Positions 45,110 through 53,283 of a stretch of 64,000 bases of DNA are shown in pieces. Made by a program: the position numbers and the translations under genes. Every line of letters starts with the position of its first letter. The first letter of the stretch is position 1. This DNA comes from an uncultured Candidatus Saccharibacteria bacterium (GTDB lineage: Bacteria; Patescibacteriota; Saccharimonadia; Saccharimonadales; Saccharimonadaceae): NCBI GenBank assembly GCA_947367565.1, contig CANBEI010000001.1, positions 4,976 through 68,975 of the forward strand. The letters are read 5' to 3'. The notes beneath the pieces were generated by a model. It worked only from the letters and a program-made list of their open reading frames with translations, was not told the origin of the DNA and searched no databases.

Positions 45110-47185
45110 GTTTAGGGTAGTGAGTTGCTGATATTTCTTGATGCGCGTAGCGAGTTCGGGGTAGTTTTGAAGATTTTCGGGATGTTTGACAAACTCGGAA
45201 GCATGATGGCTAGCCTGAGCAATAAGCTGCGTATCTGTCAAATTTGCGACTTGGAGATTCAGTTCACCATGCTGTTGCGAACCGTAAATTTCGCCCGGGC
45301 CGCGGATTTTGAGGTCGACTTCAGCAAGATGGAAGCCGTCAGTTGACTTTTCCATTTCACGCAAGCGACGCGAAGGTTTACCTTCGCCGGTCGTGAGAAG
45401 GTAACAACTCGCCGGCTGATCGCCACGACCGACGCGCCCGCGAAGTTGATGAAGCTGGGCAAGGCCATAGCCTTCGGCGTCTTGGATGACGATCATATTA
45501 GCATTCGGCACGTTAACGCCAACTTCAACGACCGTGGTCGAGACGAGGATTTGAATTTTACCAGCGGCGAAGCGGGTCATGATGACATCCTTTTCGTCGG
45601 GCTTCATTTTACCGTGAAGCATGTCGACTTTTATCTTCGGAAAAAGTTTAGCGAGTTTCTTGGCCTGTTCGATGACTGGAGTAGCAGTATTGGCATTTTT
45701 TTCTTCAATTACCTGGCAAATCCAATAAATTTGCTGGCCCTTGGCCAAGAGTTCGCGCATCGCAGGATAGAGCTCGTCGCGCTGCTCGATCTCAGGAAGA
45801 ATTTTAGTGACGATCGGTTGACGCCCGGGGGGAAGCTCGTTTAGAAGCGAAACGTCGAGGTCACCGAAGACGGTGAGCTGGAGTGAACGCGGAATCGGAG
45901 TGGCGGTCATCGAAAGGAGGTGTGGGGCAGTGTTTTCGGGCGATTTCAAAAGGAGTTTTTGGCGTTGACCGACGCCAAAACGGTGCTGTTCGTCGATGAT
46001 ACAAAATGCCAGCGAATGGAAATGCGTATCGTCCGTAAGCAGCGCGTGCGTACCGACGACAAAGTCGATTTCGCCCTGTTCGATGAGTTTTTTCAGCTGG
46101 CGTTTGTCGCGAGTTGAGCCGGTCAAGAGCGCAATCCGTGGCATGCGCCAGGAGATCCCCTGTCGCTGTAGTGCGCCGCCGAGCATGCTAAACAATTCTC
46201 CGAGGCTCTCGAAATGCTGAGTGGCGAGGATTGCGGTCGGAGCGAGCAGGGCGGTCTGATAGCCGTTTTTCGTGGCCTCGGCGGCGGCAAGGGCGGCGAC
46301 GATAGTTTTACCGGAGCCGACGTCTCCCTGGAGCAGGCGGTTCATCGGCGTGCCGCGCTCAAGGTCTTGCAAAATTTCCCAAGTCGCGCGACGCTGAGCG
46401 CCAGTAAGTTTGAATGGCAGATGCTGGACGATGGCTTGGATAAATTTAGCTTCAAATTTTAGTGGGATTGATTTTAAACGTTGATTTTCCTGCTTATTGA
46501 GTTTGGCGGCAAGGATTAATTCAAATAATTCTTCATAGGCGAGATATTCGCGACCCTTCTCGGCATCTTCAGGGCTTTCGGGAAAATGTGAATTATAGAG
46601 CGCCTCGGCACGCGCGCCTTTCGTAATGAATTTTGGCGCACCGTCGGTTAGAGGCAATAAATCTGGAATTTTGGCGAAGTCAGGACGTAGGCCGTCCATT
46701 AGCTTATGAAAAGTCTGGGGCTTGATGACGCTCTTAGCCGAATAAATCGGCTGGAAGCCGGCCGCGGAATCTTGCTCGACGTCTTGGACGAGAGCGGCGC
46801 TGGGCGAAGTGAGTTGATAGCGCCCACTCTTGAATTCATAAGTGCCAGTGAAATAATACTCGCGCTTTTCATCAAATTGTTTGGCGCGGTAAGGTTGATT
46901 GAACCAGAGCGTACGAATCGCGCCAGTATCATCGCGAATGACGCCCTGAGTGATTGTCAGGCGTTTGCGGCTGGTACGGACGAGGCGCAGGTCGCTAATT
47001 TTACCGCGAATGACAACTTTTCCGGGCCGCAAATCGGCAATCTTGACCGTTGTCTGGTAGTTTTCATAAACACGCGGGAGACAATAGACGAGGTCGCCGA
47101 TAGTGCGCAAGTTGACCCGCCGCAAAACTTCGGCGGTCTTCGGGCCAACTCCTTTCACTGACTCAATCGGCGCGGATAAATCCAT
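45107..47185 (-). CDS. recG: ATP-dependent DNA helicase RecG
   Basis: Wedge domain N-terminus, GDVGSGKT (Walker A), DEQHRFG and QLRGRVGRG. Confidence 0.9.
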   Translation of the reverse strand: MDLSAPIESVKGVGPKTAEVLRRVNLRTIGDLVYCLPRVYENYQTTVKIADLRPGKVVIRGKISDLRLVRTSRKRLTITQGVIRDDTGAIRTLWFNQPYRAKQFDEKREYYFTGTYEFKSGRYQLTSPSAALVQDVEQDSAAGFQPIYSAKSVIKPQTFHKLMDGLRPDFAKIPDLLPLTDGAPKFITKGARAEALYNSHFPESPEDAEKGREYLAYEELFELILAAKLNKQENQRLKSIPLKFEAKFIQAIVQHLPFKLTGAQRRATWEILQDLERGTPMNRLLQGDVGSGKTIVAALAAAEATKNGYQTALLAPTAILATQHFESLGELFSMLGGALQRQGISWRMPRIALLTGSTRDKRQLKKLIEQGEIDFVVGTHALLTDDTHFHSLAFCIIDEQHRFGVGQRQKLLLKSPENTAPHLLSMTATPIPRSLQLTVFGDLDVSLLNELPPGRQPIVTKILPEIEQRDELYPAMRELLAKGQQIYWICQVIEEKNANTATPVIEQAKKLAKLFPKIKVDMLHGKMKPDEKDVIMTRFAAGKIQILVSTTVVEVGVNVPNANMIVIQDAEGYGLAQLHQLRGRVGRGDQPASCYLLTTGEGKPSRRLREMEKSTDGFHLAEVDLKIRGPGEIYGSQQHGELNLQVANLTDTQLIAQASHHASEFVKHPENLQNYPELATRIKKYQQLTTLN

Positions 47186-47210
47186 AATTAATATTATAGC
47201 ACCGCCGCGA

Positions 47211-47909
47211 CTATGGCTGTTTCCGCTCCGTCCTCAACCGGCTCTGCTCCGCGCGCCATTCAGCAATCTTACCATGATGGCCAGAAAGCAAAACTTCCGG
47301 CACCGCCATCCCGCGAAACTCGGCCGGCTTCGTATATTGCGGGTATTCGAGATTATCACCATCGGAAAAACTTTCAATCGCCGCCGAATTCTCGCCGCCA
47401 AGTACGCCCGGTAATAGGCGCGTAATCGAGTCAATAATAATCAGCGCAGGCAGTTCCCCGCCAGTCAAGACATAGTTCCCAAGCGAAATTGGATAGTCGA
47501 CAATGCTCATGATGCGCTCGTCGTAGCCTTCGTAGTGAGGGCAAAGGATAATATAATGCTGCGTCTGGCTTTGAGGGCGGCCACAGTCAACTCCAGCGAA
47601 CTGTCTCGCTAGCTCCTGCGTCCAGACCGTGCCGACGGGCGTGGGGAGAATGACTTCAGCGGATGGGTCATCAGCTTTGACACTTTCAATCGCTGCAAAA
47701 ACCGGCTCGCAGCGCAAGAGCATGCCGTCGCCACCACCGTACGGAGTATCGTCGACTGATTTATGCGGACCGAGACCAAAGTCGCGCAAATTCACATAAT
47801 CAATCGCAATGATTCCGCGATCCTGCGCCTTATAAAGCATCGAGCTATTGAGATAAGGTTGTAGGGCCTCGGGGAAAAGCGTAATCAGCGTGAATTTGAG
47901 CGGTTTCAT
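47211..47909 (-). CDS. trmD: tRNA (guanine37-N1)-methyltransferase
   Basis: FTLITLFPE..., DDTPYGGGDGMLL and LTGGELPALIIIDSITRLLPGVLG. Confidence 0.9.
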   Translation of the reverse strand: MKPLKFTLITLFPEALQPYLNSSMLYKAQDRGIIAIDYVNLRDFGLGPHKSVDDTPYGGGDGMLLRCEPVFAAIESVKADDPSAEVILPTPVGTVWTQELARQFAGVDCGRPQSQTQHYIILCPHYEGYDERIMSIVDYPISLGNYVLTGGELPALIIIDSITRLLPGVLGGENSAAIESFSDGDNLEYPQYTKPAEFRGMAVPEVLLSGHHGKIAEWRAEQSRLRTERKQP

Positions 47910-48037
47910 CTTTCTATTTTGCCACAGATAAACACTTTCGTCAAATTGTAATCCCTCGTAGTAAAAACATATAATAAAATCAGGCAGTTACAAAAACGTA
48001 ACTGCCCTTTAGCCGAGGCTAAACCGATCAAACTAAA

Positions 48038-48715
48038 CTATATTATAGCATTGAGCTGCGTTGGACCGAATCCGCCTTTCGCAATGAACTCTTGAGGAGT
48101 GAAGCTATAAGTACGAAGTTTGCCATAATCAAAAACACTGATTAAGCGTCCGCTTTGCTCCTCTACGTGATACACAAACTCGATGGTCTGCCCCTCTTCC
48201 ATCACGACCGGCGCAGGTTTCATTCTACAGGGATACATCCCTGTTCCATCCTTGCCGATAGCACACTGCGCTTCGGAGCAAGACGGTTCATAGGTGTCAT
48301 AGCCAAAGACTTGGTTAACCTTGCCACAAACCATGAAACATTGACCGAGATAGCGTGCTTCGGCAGGTGAAAGATCTTGTCGGCGACAATGCCGTAGTTC
48401 AGAAACTTTAAGCTGAATACTAAGCCGCGACAACCTACGAGCACAATCCTCAATGTCCGCAGGTTGACCATATTCAAAGATGTCAAAACGACAATAATAT
48501 GGTACGGTCGTTTCCGACCTGCGGCTATGCAGTGAGCGATCAAGCTCACTATAGTTCGGTCCGCCAATCGCATAGTGCCGATTTACCTTTAGGTCGGCGG
48601 CGTTTTTACTGCGCAGCTGACAAAGACCTCCTTCTTCCATCCGTAATGGTTTTCGAGTTGCCGGAATGCGTGCGATGAGTTTACCGACACGCAATTTTTC
48701 TCTATCGGTTAGCAT
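48038..48715 (-). CDS. Hypothetical Cys-rich protein
   Basis: 225-aa ORF with AAGGAGGG upstream. Own consensus promoter and own terminator (GGCAGTTAC/GTAACTGCC). Confidence 0.6.
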   Translation of the reverse strand: MLTDREKLRVGKLIARIPATRKPLRMEEGGLCQLRSKNAADLKVNRHYAIGGPNYSELDRSLHSRRSETTVPYYCRFDIFEYGQPADIEDCARRLSRLSIQLKVSELRHCRRQDLSPAEARYLGQCFMVCGKVNQVFGYDTYEPSCSEAQCAIGKDGTGMYPCRMKPAPVVMEEGQTIEFVYHVEEQSGRLISVFDYGKLRTYSFTPQEFIAKGGFGPTQLNAII

Positions 48716-48770
48716 AATTGCACCCTCCTTAATGTTCTCTATCCGCTACGCAGATAGGCCTTATCTCTTC

Positions 48771-48799
48771 ATTGTAGCACAGAATTGCATTTTTGTCAA
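48771..48799 (-). promoter_or_regulatory. Consensus promoter cassette (TTGACA-17-TGCTACAAT)
   Basis: Minus strand reads GGTATTGACAAAAATGCAATTCTGTGCTACAATGA. Confidence 0.7.
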
Positions 48800-48849
48800 T
48801 ACCGCAGGGTCGGAGATTGATAATTTTTGGACTTTTCGCGCAAAATCTC

Positions 48850-48876
48850 TTGACACGAAACTGTTTGTGCTATATT
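48850..48876 (+). promoter_or_regulatory. Plus-strand promoter TTGACA-15-TGCTATATT
   Basis: TTGACA at 48850-48855 and extended -10 TGCTATATT at 48868-48876. No protein gene follows on this strand. Confidence 0.5.
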
Positions 48877-48882
48877 CTAAGT

Positions 48883-49135
48883 ATAAGCTGGTACGCTTCA
48901 CAGGGGTTCCACTGAATACGTTTGGTGGAGTGTGGAGACTTTAACAAAAACAAAAACAGCGGATTAAAACAAACCAATGTGCCCCGGGGTGGGCGCGCAT
49001 CAGCGAAAAAGAGACGGTAGCGAAAGCTATCGTCTCTTGCTATTTTAAGCTACGCACATTGGCAGTGCCAATGTGCTGCTTCGGATGTGTGGGCGCGCAT
49101 CAGCGAAAAAGTAGCCATGAGAGTGGCTACTTTTT
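48883..49135 (+). ncRNA. Candidate small RNA with tandem repeat and two intrinsic terminators (alternatively two Cys-containing micro-ORFs)
   Basis: GTGGGCGCGCATCAGCGAAAAAG occurs at 48989-49011 and 49089-49111, each followed by a hairpin plus T-run (49010-49046 and 49111-49135). CCAATGTGC occurs at 48974 and 49068, with its complement GCACATTGG at 49054. Confidence 0.45.
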
Positions 49136-49203
49136 ATACGAAGAAAAACCGCCAGTCGTAACGACCAGCGGTTTCCATAATGACTTGCCCATAACTACGA
49201 AGG

Positions 49204-50172
49204 CTACTTCCTGCAGGCTTTCTGCCACATACGATTCAGGGATATAAGTAAACTGTGCGTATGTTTGCTGATGAATCCGCGTTCTACGGATGCCGCTAAG
49301 AGCGCCTCGGCTGCCTCCGTCGACATCTTGTCGCCCCAAAAATCGAGACAGGCCGCGCGTAAGTCAGGAGCGTTCAGGTCAAGCATCGTGCGCTGCTCCG
49401 GGTGCCATGGCATCGCCAAGGCAATGTCGAGACGCGCTGCCATTTCTTTCCAGTCGCGTTTCACCTCCGGATGATAAAGCAGATCGTTAAGCAAATCCCT
49501 GCTAAGGAAAATCCGTACAGTGTTCGGTCTCATGCCTGGAAAGAGCAAAAGCTCATGCTTAGATTCATTATGTGGCATGAAGTCGTAGCGCTCAAAGCCG
49601 AGCTCCTGCTGCACGCGTTCACAAACTGCCTGGAATAATTCCACCCGACCGTCCGGCTCTGCGACCTCGTTGTCCCATGAACCAGTCTGATTCTGCGGCG
49701 AAAACGGGCAGCCTGTCTCATCGAGCTGACACTCCGCGCAATTCTCGGCGCTCGGTATATGCCCGCTGGAACGACGAAACGTACGACAACTCAAGATCTG
49801 CAGATAACGGCTGATACGCTCGGTATCATGAATGCCGGTTTCTGCCTCCAATGGTTGCCAGTAGGCACCACTTAGCAGTCCGCCACCGCCCCAGTAATAG
49901 CCGTAGTTCCAGTGCGACTGCGCAATGTATGCGTCGACCGTGATCTCTCCAGATTCCAGTTTGCAATAATCTGCAAAGGGCAACGCCAGCATCAGCGGTC
50001 CACGATAATGCATCGCGAGTACCGGGTAGCCCGGTTGCAAAGCCTGGATATAATAATGCCAGCCCGTGCCGTCTTCCCCGATATAATGGATATGGTCTGC
50101 ACCGAGATGAAAACCGATTAACTCTGTAACTTTCTCGCTCAATTCCTGAATAAATGATAATGTAGCTTCCAT
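49204..50172 (-). CDS. Hypothetical protein (322 aa)
   Basis: GAGGAGG upstream of the ATG. Terminator AAACCGC...GCGGTTT at 49146-49174. No recognisable motif apart from the Cys cluster NCAECQLDETGC. Confidence 0.6.
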   Translation of the reverse strand: MEATLSFIQELSEKVTELIGFHLGADHIHYIGEDGTGWHYYIQALQPGYPVLAMHYRGPLMLALPFADYCKLESGEITVDAYIAQSHWNYGYYWGGGGLLSGAYWQPLEAETGIHDTERISRYLQILSCRTFRRSSGHIPSAENCAECQLDETGCPFSPQNQTGSWDNEVAEPDGRVELFQAVCERVQQELGFERYDFMPHNESKHELLLFPGMRPNTVRIFLSRDLLNDLLYHPEVKRDWKEMAARLDIALAMPWHPEQRTMLDLNAPDLRAACLDFWGDKMSTEAAEALLAASVERGFISKHTHSLLISLNRMWQKACRK

Positions 50173-50421
50173 GTTGCTACCTCCTCTATTTTGTTTTTTG
50201 GGAGAAACTGGTATTTCCGCCCTAGCTGCCTACTATGTTGCTGCGCGAATAGGCAAGTAAGGCGAAAATACGTCTAGCAAGTCATTATGTCAAAGGGCGT
50301 AGACTTCTAGCGTAAGGTTTTACTGTTCTTCAACAGTAAAACCCGTATACGGGTTTTGACCGATACTTTTTACGAAAAGTCTAATTCTTAATCTGTAGTG
50401 AGATTTTCACTACATACTTAC
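50173..50421 (-). promoter_or_regulatory. Long (~245 nt) structured 5' leader
   Basis: Several hairpins on the minus strand, including the overlapping pair AAAACCCGTATACGGGTTTT and GTTTTACTGTT-GAAG-AACAGTAAAAC, plus GTAGTGA/TCACTAC. Confidence 0.45.
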
Positions 50422-50450
50422 ATTGTAGCACAGATTTGTATTTTTGTCAA
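50422..50450 (-). promoter_or_regulatory. Consensus promoter cassette (TTGACA-17-TGCTACAAT)
   Basis: Minus strand reads CTATTGACAAAAATACAAATCTGTGCTACAATGT. Confidence 0.7.
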
Positions 50451-50498
50451 TAGTGTTTATGAATATCTGCTGCTGGCGTAAAAATCGATAGTCAGGTA

Positions 50499-50693
50499 TT
50501 GGCTTTTGTCCGTAGTGGATGGACTAATATTGATACTACTAATGAAGGCGCCGTGCGGGTCATTGGTCAATACGGCGACTATTGGTCGCGTACGGCTAGC
50601 TCATCTACGAACGCCTATCGTCTAATCACGAGCCCTACAGGCGTCAATTTGTCAAACAGCAGCGATCGTTGGGCTGGTCTCTCCCTACGCTAA
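50499..50693 (+). pseudogene. FISUMP-tail module copy S6 with premature stop replacing the conserved Cys codon
   Basis: (TTG)AFVRSGWTNIDTTNEGAVRVIGQYGDYWSRTASSSTNAYRLITSPTGVNLSNSSDRWAGLSLR-stop. CGC TAA CTC CAC CCA aligns with CGC TGC CTC TAC CCA of S1/S4. Terminator at about 50722-50748. Confidence 0.45.
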
Positions 50694-50948
50694 CTCCACC
50701 CAGAACCCAAAAAATCGCCCATAGCATGGCGACTTTTTGAACATATAAGCTCTCAACTTATCGTTGGCTCGCAGTTAGCCTTATGTTCTTTCGAACTGTT
50801 ACTAGTATACTTGACTCGCGTAGAAATAGCAAGGATTTTCGAGGATTTTTGCTGACTATTTTTCATGTATTTTTTACAACATTATGCCATATCCCCTCTG
50901 TTATTGCTGTGGAAATGTATGTTGTTACAATTACAACATTTCGTCACC

Positions 50949-50966
50949 GGCTTTTGTCCGTAGTGG
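50949..50966 (+). repeat. Isolated 5' anchor block of the module family (fragment S7)
   Basis: GGCTTTTGTCCGTAGTGG is identical to the 5' block of the other copies, but no module follows. Confidence 0.6.
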
Positions 50967-51051
50967 TGGTGCAAGAAAATACCCCAGACGAGCTGGGGTG
51001 GTGGCAGTTAACTACGGGTTACGAGTAATCCTGTAAACAGTTTAATAGTCG

Positions 51052-51735
51052 TTAAGAGGCGTCTCCGGTATCAATAACAACGACTTCGCTATGTTTGTTA
51101 GTGTGCGCCAGTTGGCTCTTGCGTTCAGGATAGCTAACGTGATAGATGAAAAACACCGTTTCATCCTCGCGCATTTTGTCTTTCGCCTGCATAGCAGCGC
51201 GAAGCGTGATCTTCGGGGACTCAAGGCAAGTTACACCGTCTGGCATGATATAACTATGCGGGATTGCATAATATGCGGATTTATACTTATTCAGCATCCG
51301 ATAGATTGCAACCTCGAGCTCGTCATACGACATGCCCAGATAAACCGTGTACGCCCCATCGTCGCATCCAGCCGGCCCATCAGCCTTGAGATTACTAAGC
51401 CTATCCTCTCGCGTCTGGTCGCTGCGAAACAAAACATAGAAGCCGTCGGCATACTCCTTGGAGTTACACTCATCAATCTCGCAATGGAAAATTGATCTGA
51501 AAACTCTAATGATTAGATGATTAATGCCGGTGGCTAAGCCCAGGCTGAATACCAGAAAAAATACGACCACAAGCTGATAGGCAACCTCCGGAATCTTGTC
51601 ATGAGGTATATCACGACAGAGCACTGTAATACCGCCCAAGCTAATAAAGAGACTCAAAATCATTCCTATTATAGCCGAGAGGAATATAGTGATAACCGTC
51701 AGGATGTCGTATGCTACAGATTTGGTTTTAGTCAT
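51052..51735 (-). CDS. Hypothetical membrane protein (two N-terminal TM helices plus soluble domain)
   Basis: 227-aa ORF with AAGGAGGG upstream and its own consensus promoter. Confidence 0.6.
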   Translation of the reverse strand: MTKTKSVAYDILTVITIFLSAIIGMILSLFISLGGITVLCRDIPHDKIPEVAYQLVVVFFLVFSLGLATGINHLIIRVFRSIFHCEIDECNSKEYADGFYVLFRSDQTREDRLSNLKADGPAGCDDGAYTVYLGMSYDELEVAIYRMLNKYKSAYYAIPHSYIMPDGVTCLESPKITLRAAMQAKDKMREDETVFFIYHVSYPERKSQLAHTNKHSEVVVIDTGDAS

Positions 51736-51798
51736 AATAAAACCCTCCTTTTGAAATAAATGTACTTGTTTAACAAGGTGATGCTAACTACTCTTTCT

Positions 51799-51827
51799 AT
51801 TGTAGCACACTTTGCTAAAAAAGTCAA
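51799..51827 (-). promoter_or_regulatory. Consensus promoter cassette (TTGACT-17-TGCTACAAT)
   Basis: Minus strand reads GTATTGACTTTTTTAGCAAAGTGTGCTACAATAG. Confidence 0.7.
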
Positions 51828-51863
51828 TACTATTTACGCTAAAGTCGTGTTTTTGCAAGTATT

Positions 51864-53282
51864 TTATTCTTCAACCAGTGTAAATTCTTTCCCAGCAATC
51901 GAGATAATTGATTCCGGTTCGGCGCCTTGCGAAGTAAGCTCAGCGCGAATACCGAGTTTTTTCATAATATCGCGTAGACGATTAACCGAAGCGTAATTGT
52001 TCAAATCTGTGCGGTGAGCAAACTTTTCAATCTTTGGGCCAGTGACGACAAATTTCACCTCGTCGCCATCTTCTAGCTTTTCGACTTTCCAAGCGTTACT
52101 GGGCTGGGCAGAGGAAAGAGTAATAACAGGCAAAGTTACGACATGCCCAGCTTCTGACTCGGTCGGGGGGGCGCTCTCCTCATCTAAAGATTCGGACCCG
52201 CGCCCGCCCGAGGAGTCGGAGCTCCATGACCTCGCAGAAGCTGAGTATGTCACTGCCCCGTCATCGTCCATCTCAAATGAACCCGGAGCCGTAGACTGGC
52301 TCTTAGCTTCGCGCTTAATTCGCACTAGCTCACGCAATACTTCCGTGATTCCCCGCTTCGCGGCGGAAGAAATCGCATAGACCTTCGCATCGGGATTCAC
52401 CTTTAGGATACTGGCAATCTGCATATCAATAATATCTTGGTCGACACCCTCGCATTTCGTCAACGCGACAATCTCTGGACGGTCACGCAAGTCAGAGTAA
52501 CGCTCCAGCTCTTTGCGAATCACCTGATAAGCCTCACCGGCGTCATCATTATAAACGTCAACGAGATGCAACAATGCCGCCGTGCGATCGACATGGCGAA
52601 GAAAATCATGACCCAGACCCTTGCCGTCAGCAGCGCCTTCAATTAACCCCGGAATATCAGCAATCAAAATATCTTGGTCATCAACCGTCGCGACGCCGAG
52701 CTGCGGCGTCAACGTCGTAAAGGGATAATCGGCGATTTCTGGGCGAGCGTTACTAACGACGCTAAGGAAAGTTGACTTACCAGCATTTGGCAACCCGACT
52801 AGCCCAACGTCGGCAATCAGTTTCAGCTCGAGTGCCGCCTCAAACTCATCACCCGGCTCGCCAACTTCGGCAATCATCGGCGTCTGACGCACGCTTGACT
52901 TAAAATGCGCGTTACCAAAGCCACCGTCGCCACCCTTCGCAATCACCGCTTCCTGCCCGTCAACCGCCAAATCCGCCAGCACGACGCCGTCCTTGCGCAC
53001 AACCGTACCAACTGGTACCTCGACAATCAAATCCTTTCCACCTCGGCCAGCGCTACGTTGACCAGAGCCATTTTTACCGTTCTCAGCTTTCAACTCGGGA
53101 TTGAATCGAAAATCAATCAAGGTATTCGTGTCTTTGTCGGCGCGAAAGATAATACTACCGCCACGACCACCGTCGCCACCGTCCGGACCGCCTTTCGGGA
53201 TATAAATTTCGTGGCGAAACGATACTGCGCCGTCGCCGCCCTTGCCGGCTTGGAGTTTGGCTTTTGCCGTATCGACGAACAT
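51864..53282 (-). CDS. obg: GTPase Obg/CgtA with C-terminal OCT domain and an extra Ser/Gly/Asp-rich linker segment
   Basis: MFVDTAKAKLQAGKGGDGAVSFR, Gly-rich Obg fold, GLPNAGKST, DIPGLIEGA and TKCE. Confidence 0.9.
   Translation of the reverse strand: MFVDTAKAKLQAGKGGDGAVSFRHEIYIPKGGPDGGDGGRGGSIIFRADKDTNTLIDFRFNPELKAENGKNGSGQRSAGRGGKDLIVEVPVGTVVRKDGVVLADLAVDGQEAVIAKGGDGGFGNAHFKSSVRQTPMIAEVGEPGDEFEAALELKLIADVGLVGLPNAGKSTFLSVVSNARPEIADYPFTTLTPQLGVATVDDQDILIADIPGLIEGAADGKGLGHDFLRHVDRTAALLHLVDVYNDDAGEAYQVIRKELERYSDLRDRPEIVALTKCEGVDQDIIDMQIASILKVNPDAKVYAISSAAKRGITEVLRELVRIKREAKSQSTAPGSFEMDDDGAVTYSASARSWSSDSSGGRGSESLDEESAPPTESEAGHVVTLPVITLSSAQPSNAWKVEKLEDGDEVKFVVTGPKIEKFAHRTDLNNYASVNRLRDIMKKLGIRAELTSQGAEPESIISIAGKEFTLVEE
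52148..52243. repeat. GC-rich imperfect palindrome inside the obg linker (96 nt, 32 codons), possible diverged relative of the structured element
   Basis: Perfect outer arms CAGCTTCTG (52148-52156) / CAGAAGCTG (52235-52243), inner GACTC/GAGTC. TTCGGACCCGCGCCCGCCCG resembles TTCAGGACCCGCTTGACCCGTCCCG of copy A. Confidence 0.4.
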
Positions 53283-53283
53283 T

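Noticed and set aside
48974-49135. CRISPR array or ToxI-like repeat array
   Set aside because: There are only two repeat copies, about 100 nt apart. Each is followed by its own terminator hairpin. No cas or toxin gene is adjacent.
49059-49247. 62-aa plus-strand ORF MAVPMCCFGCVGAHQRK...
   Set aside because: It reads through two hairpin/T-run terminators and into the convergent gene, and has no ribosome-binding site. Only its first ~15 codons are considered, as a micro-ORF alternative in the sRNA finding.
50173-50421. T-box leader
   Set aside because: CTAGGGCGGAAATACCAG only vaguely resembles the T-box GGGUGGUACCGCG sequence. No specifier-loop/AG-bulge architecture is evident, and the downstream gene is not an aminoacyl-tRNA or amino-acid gene.
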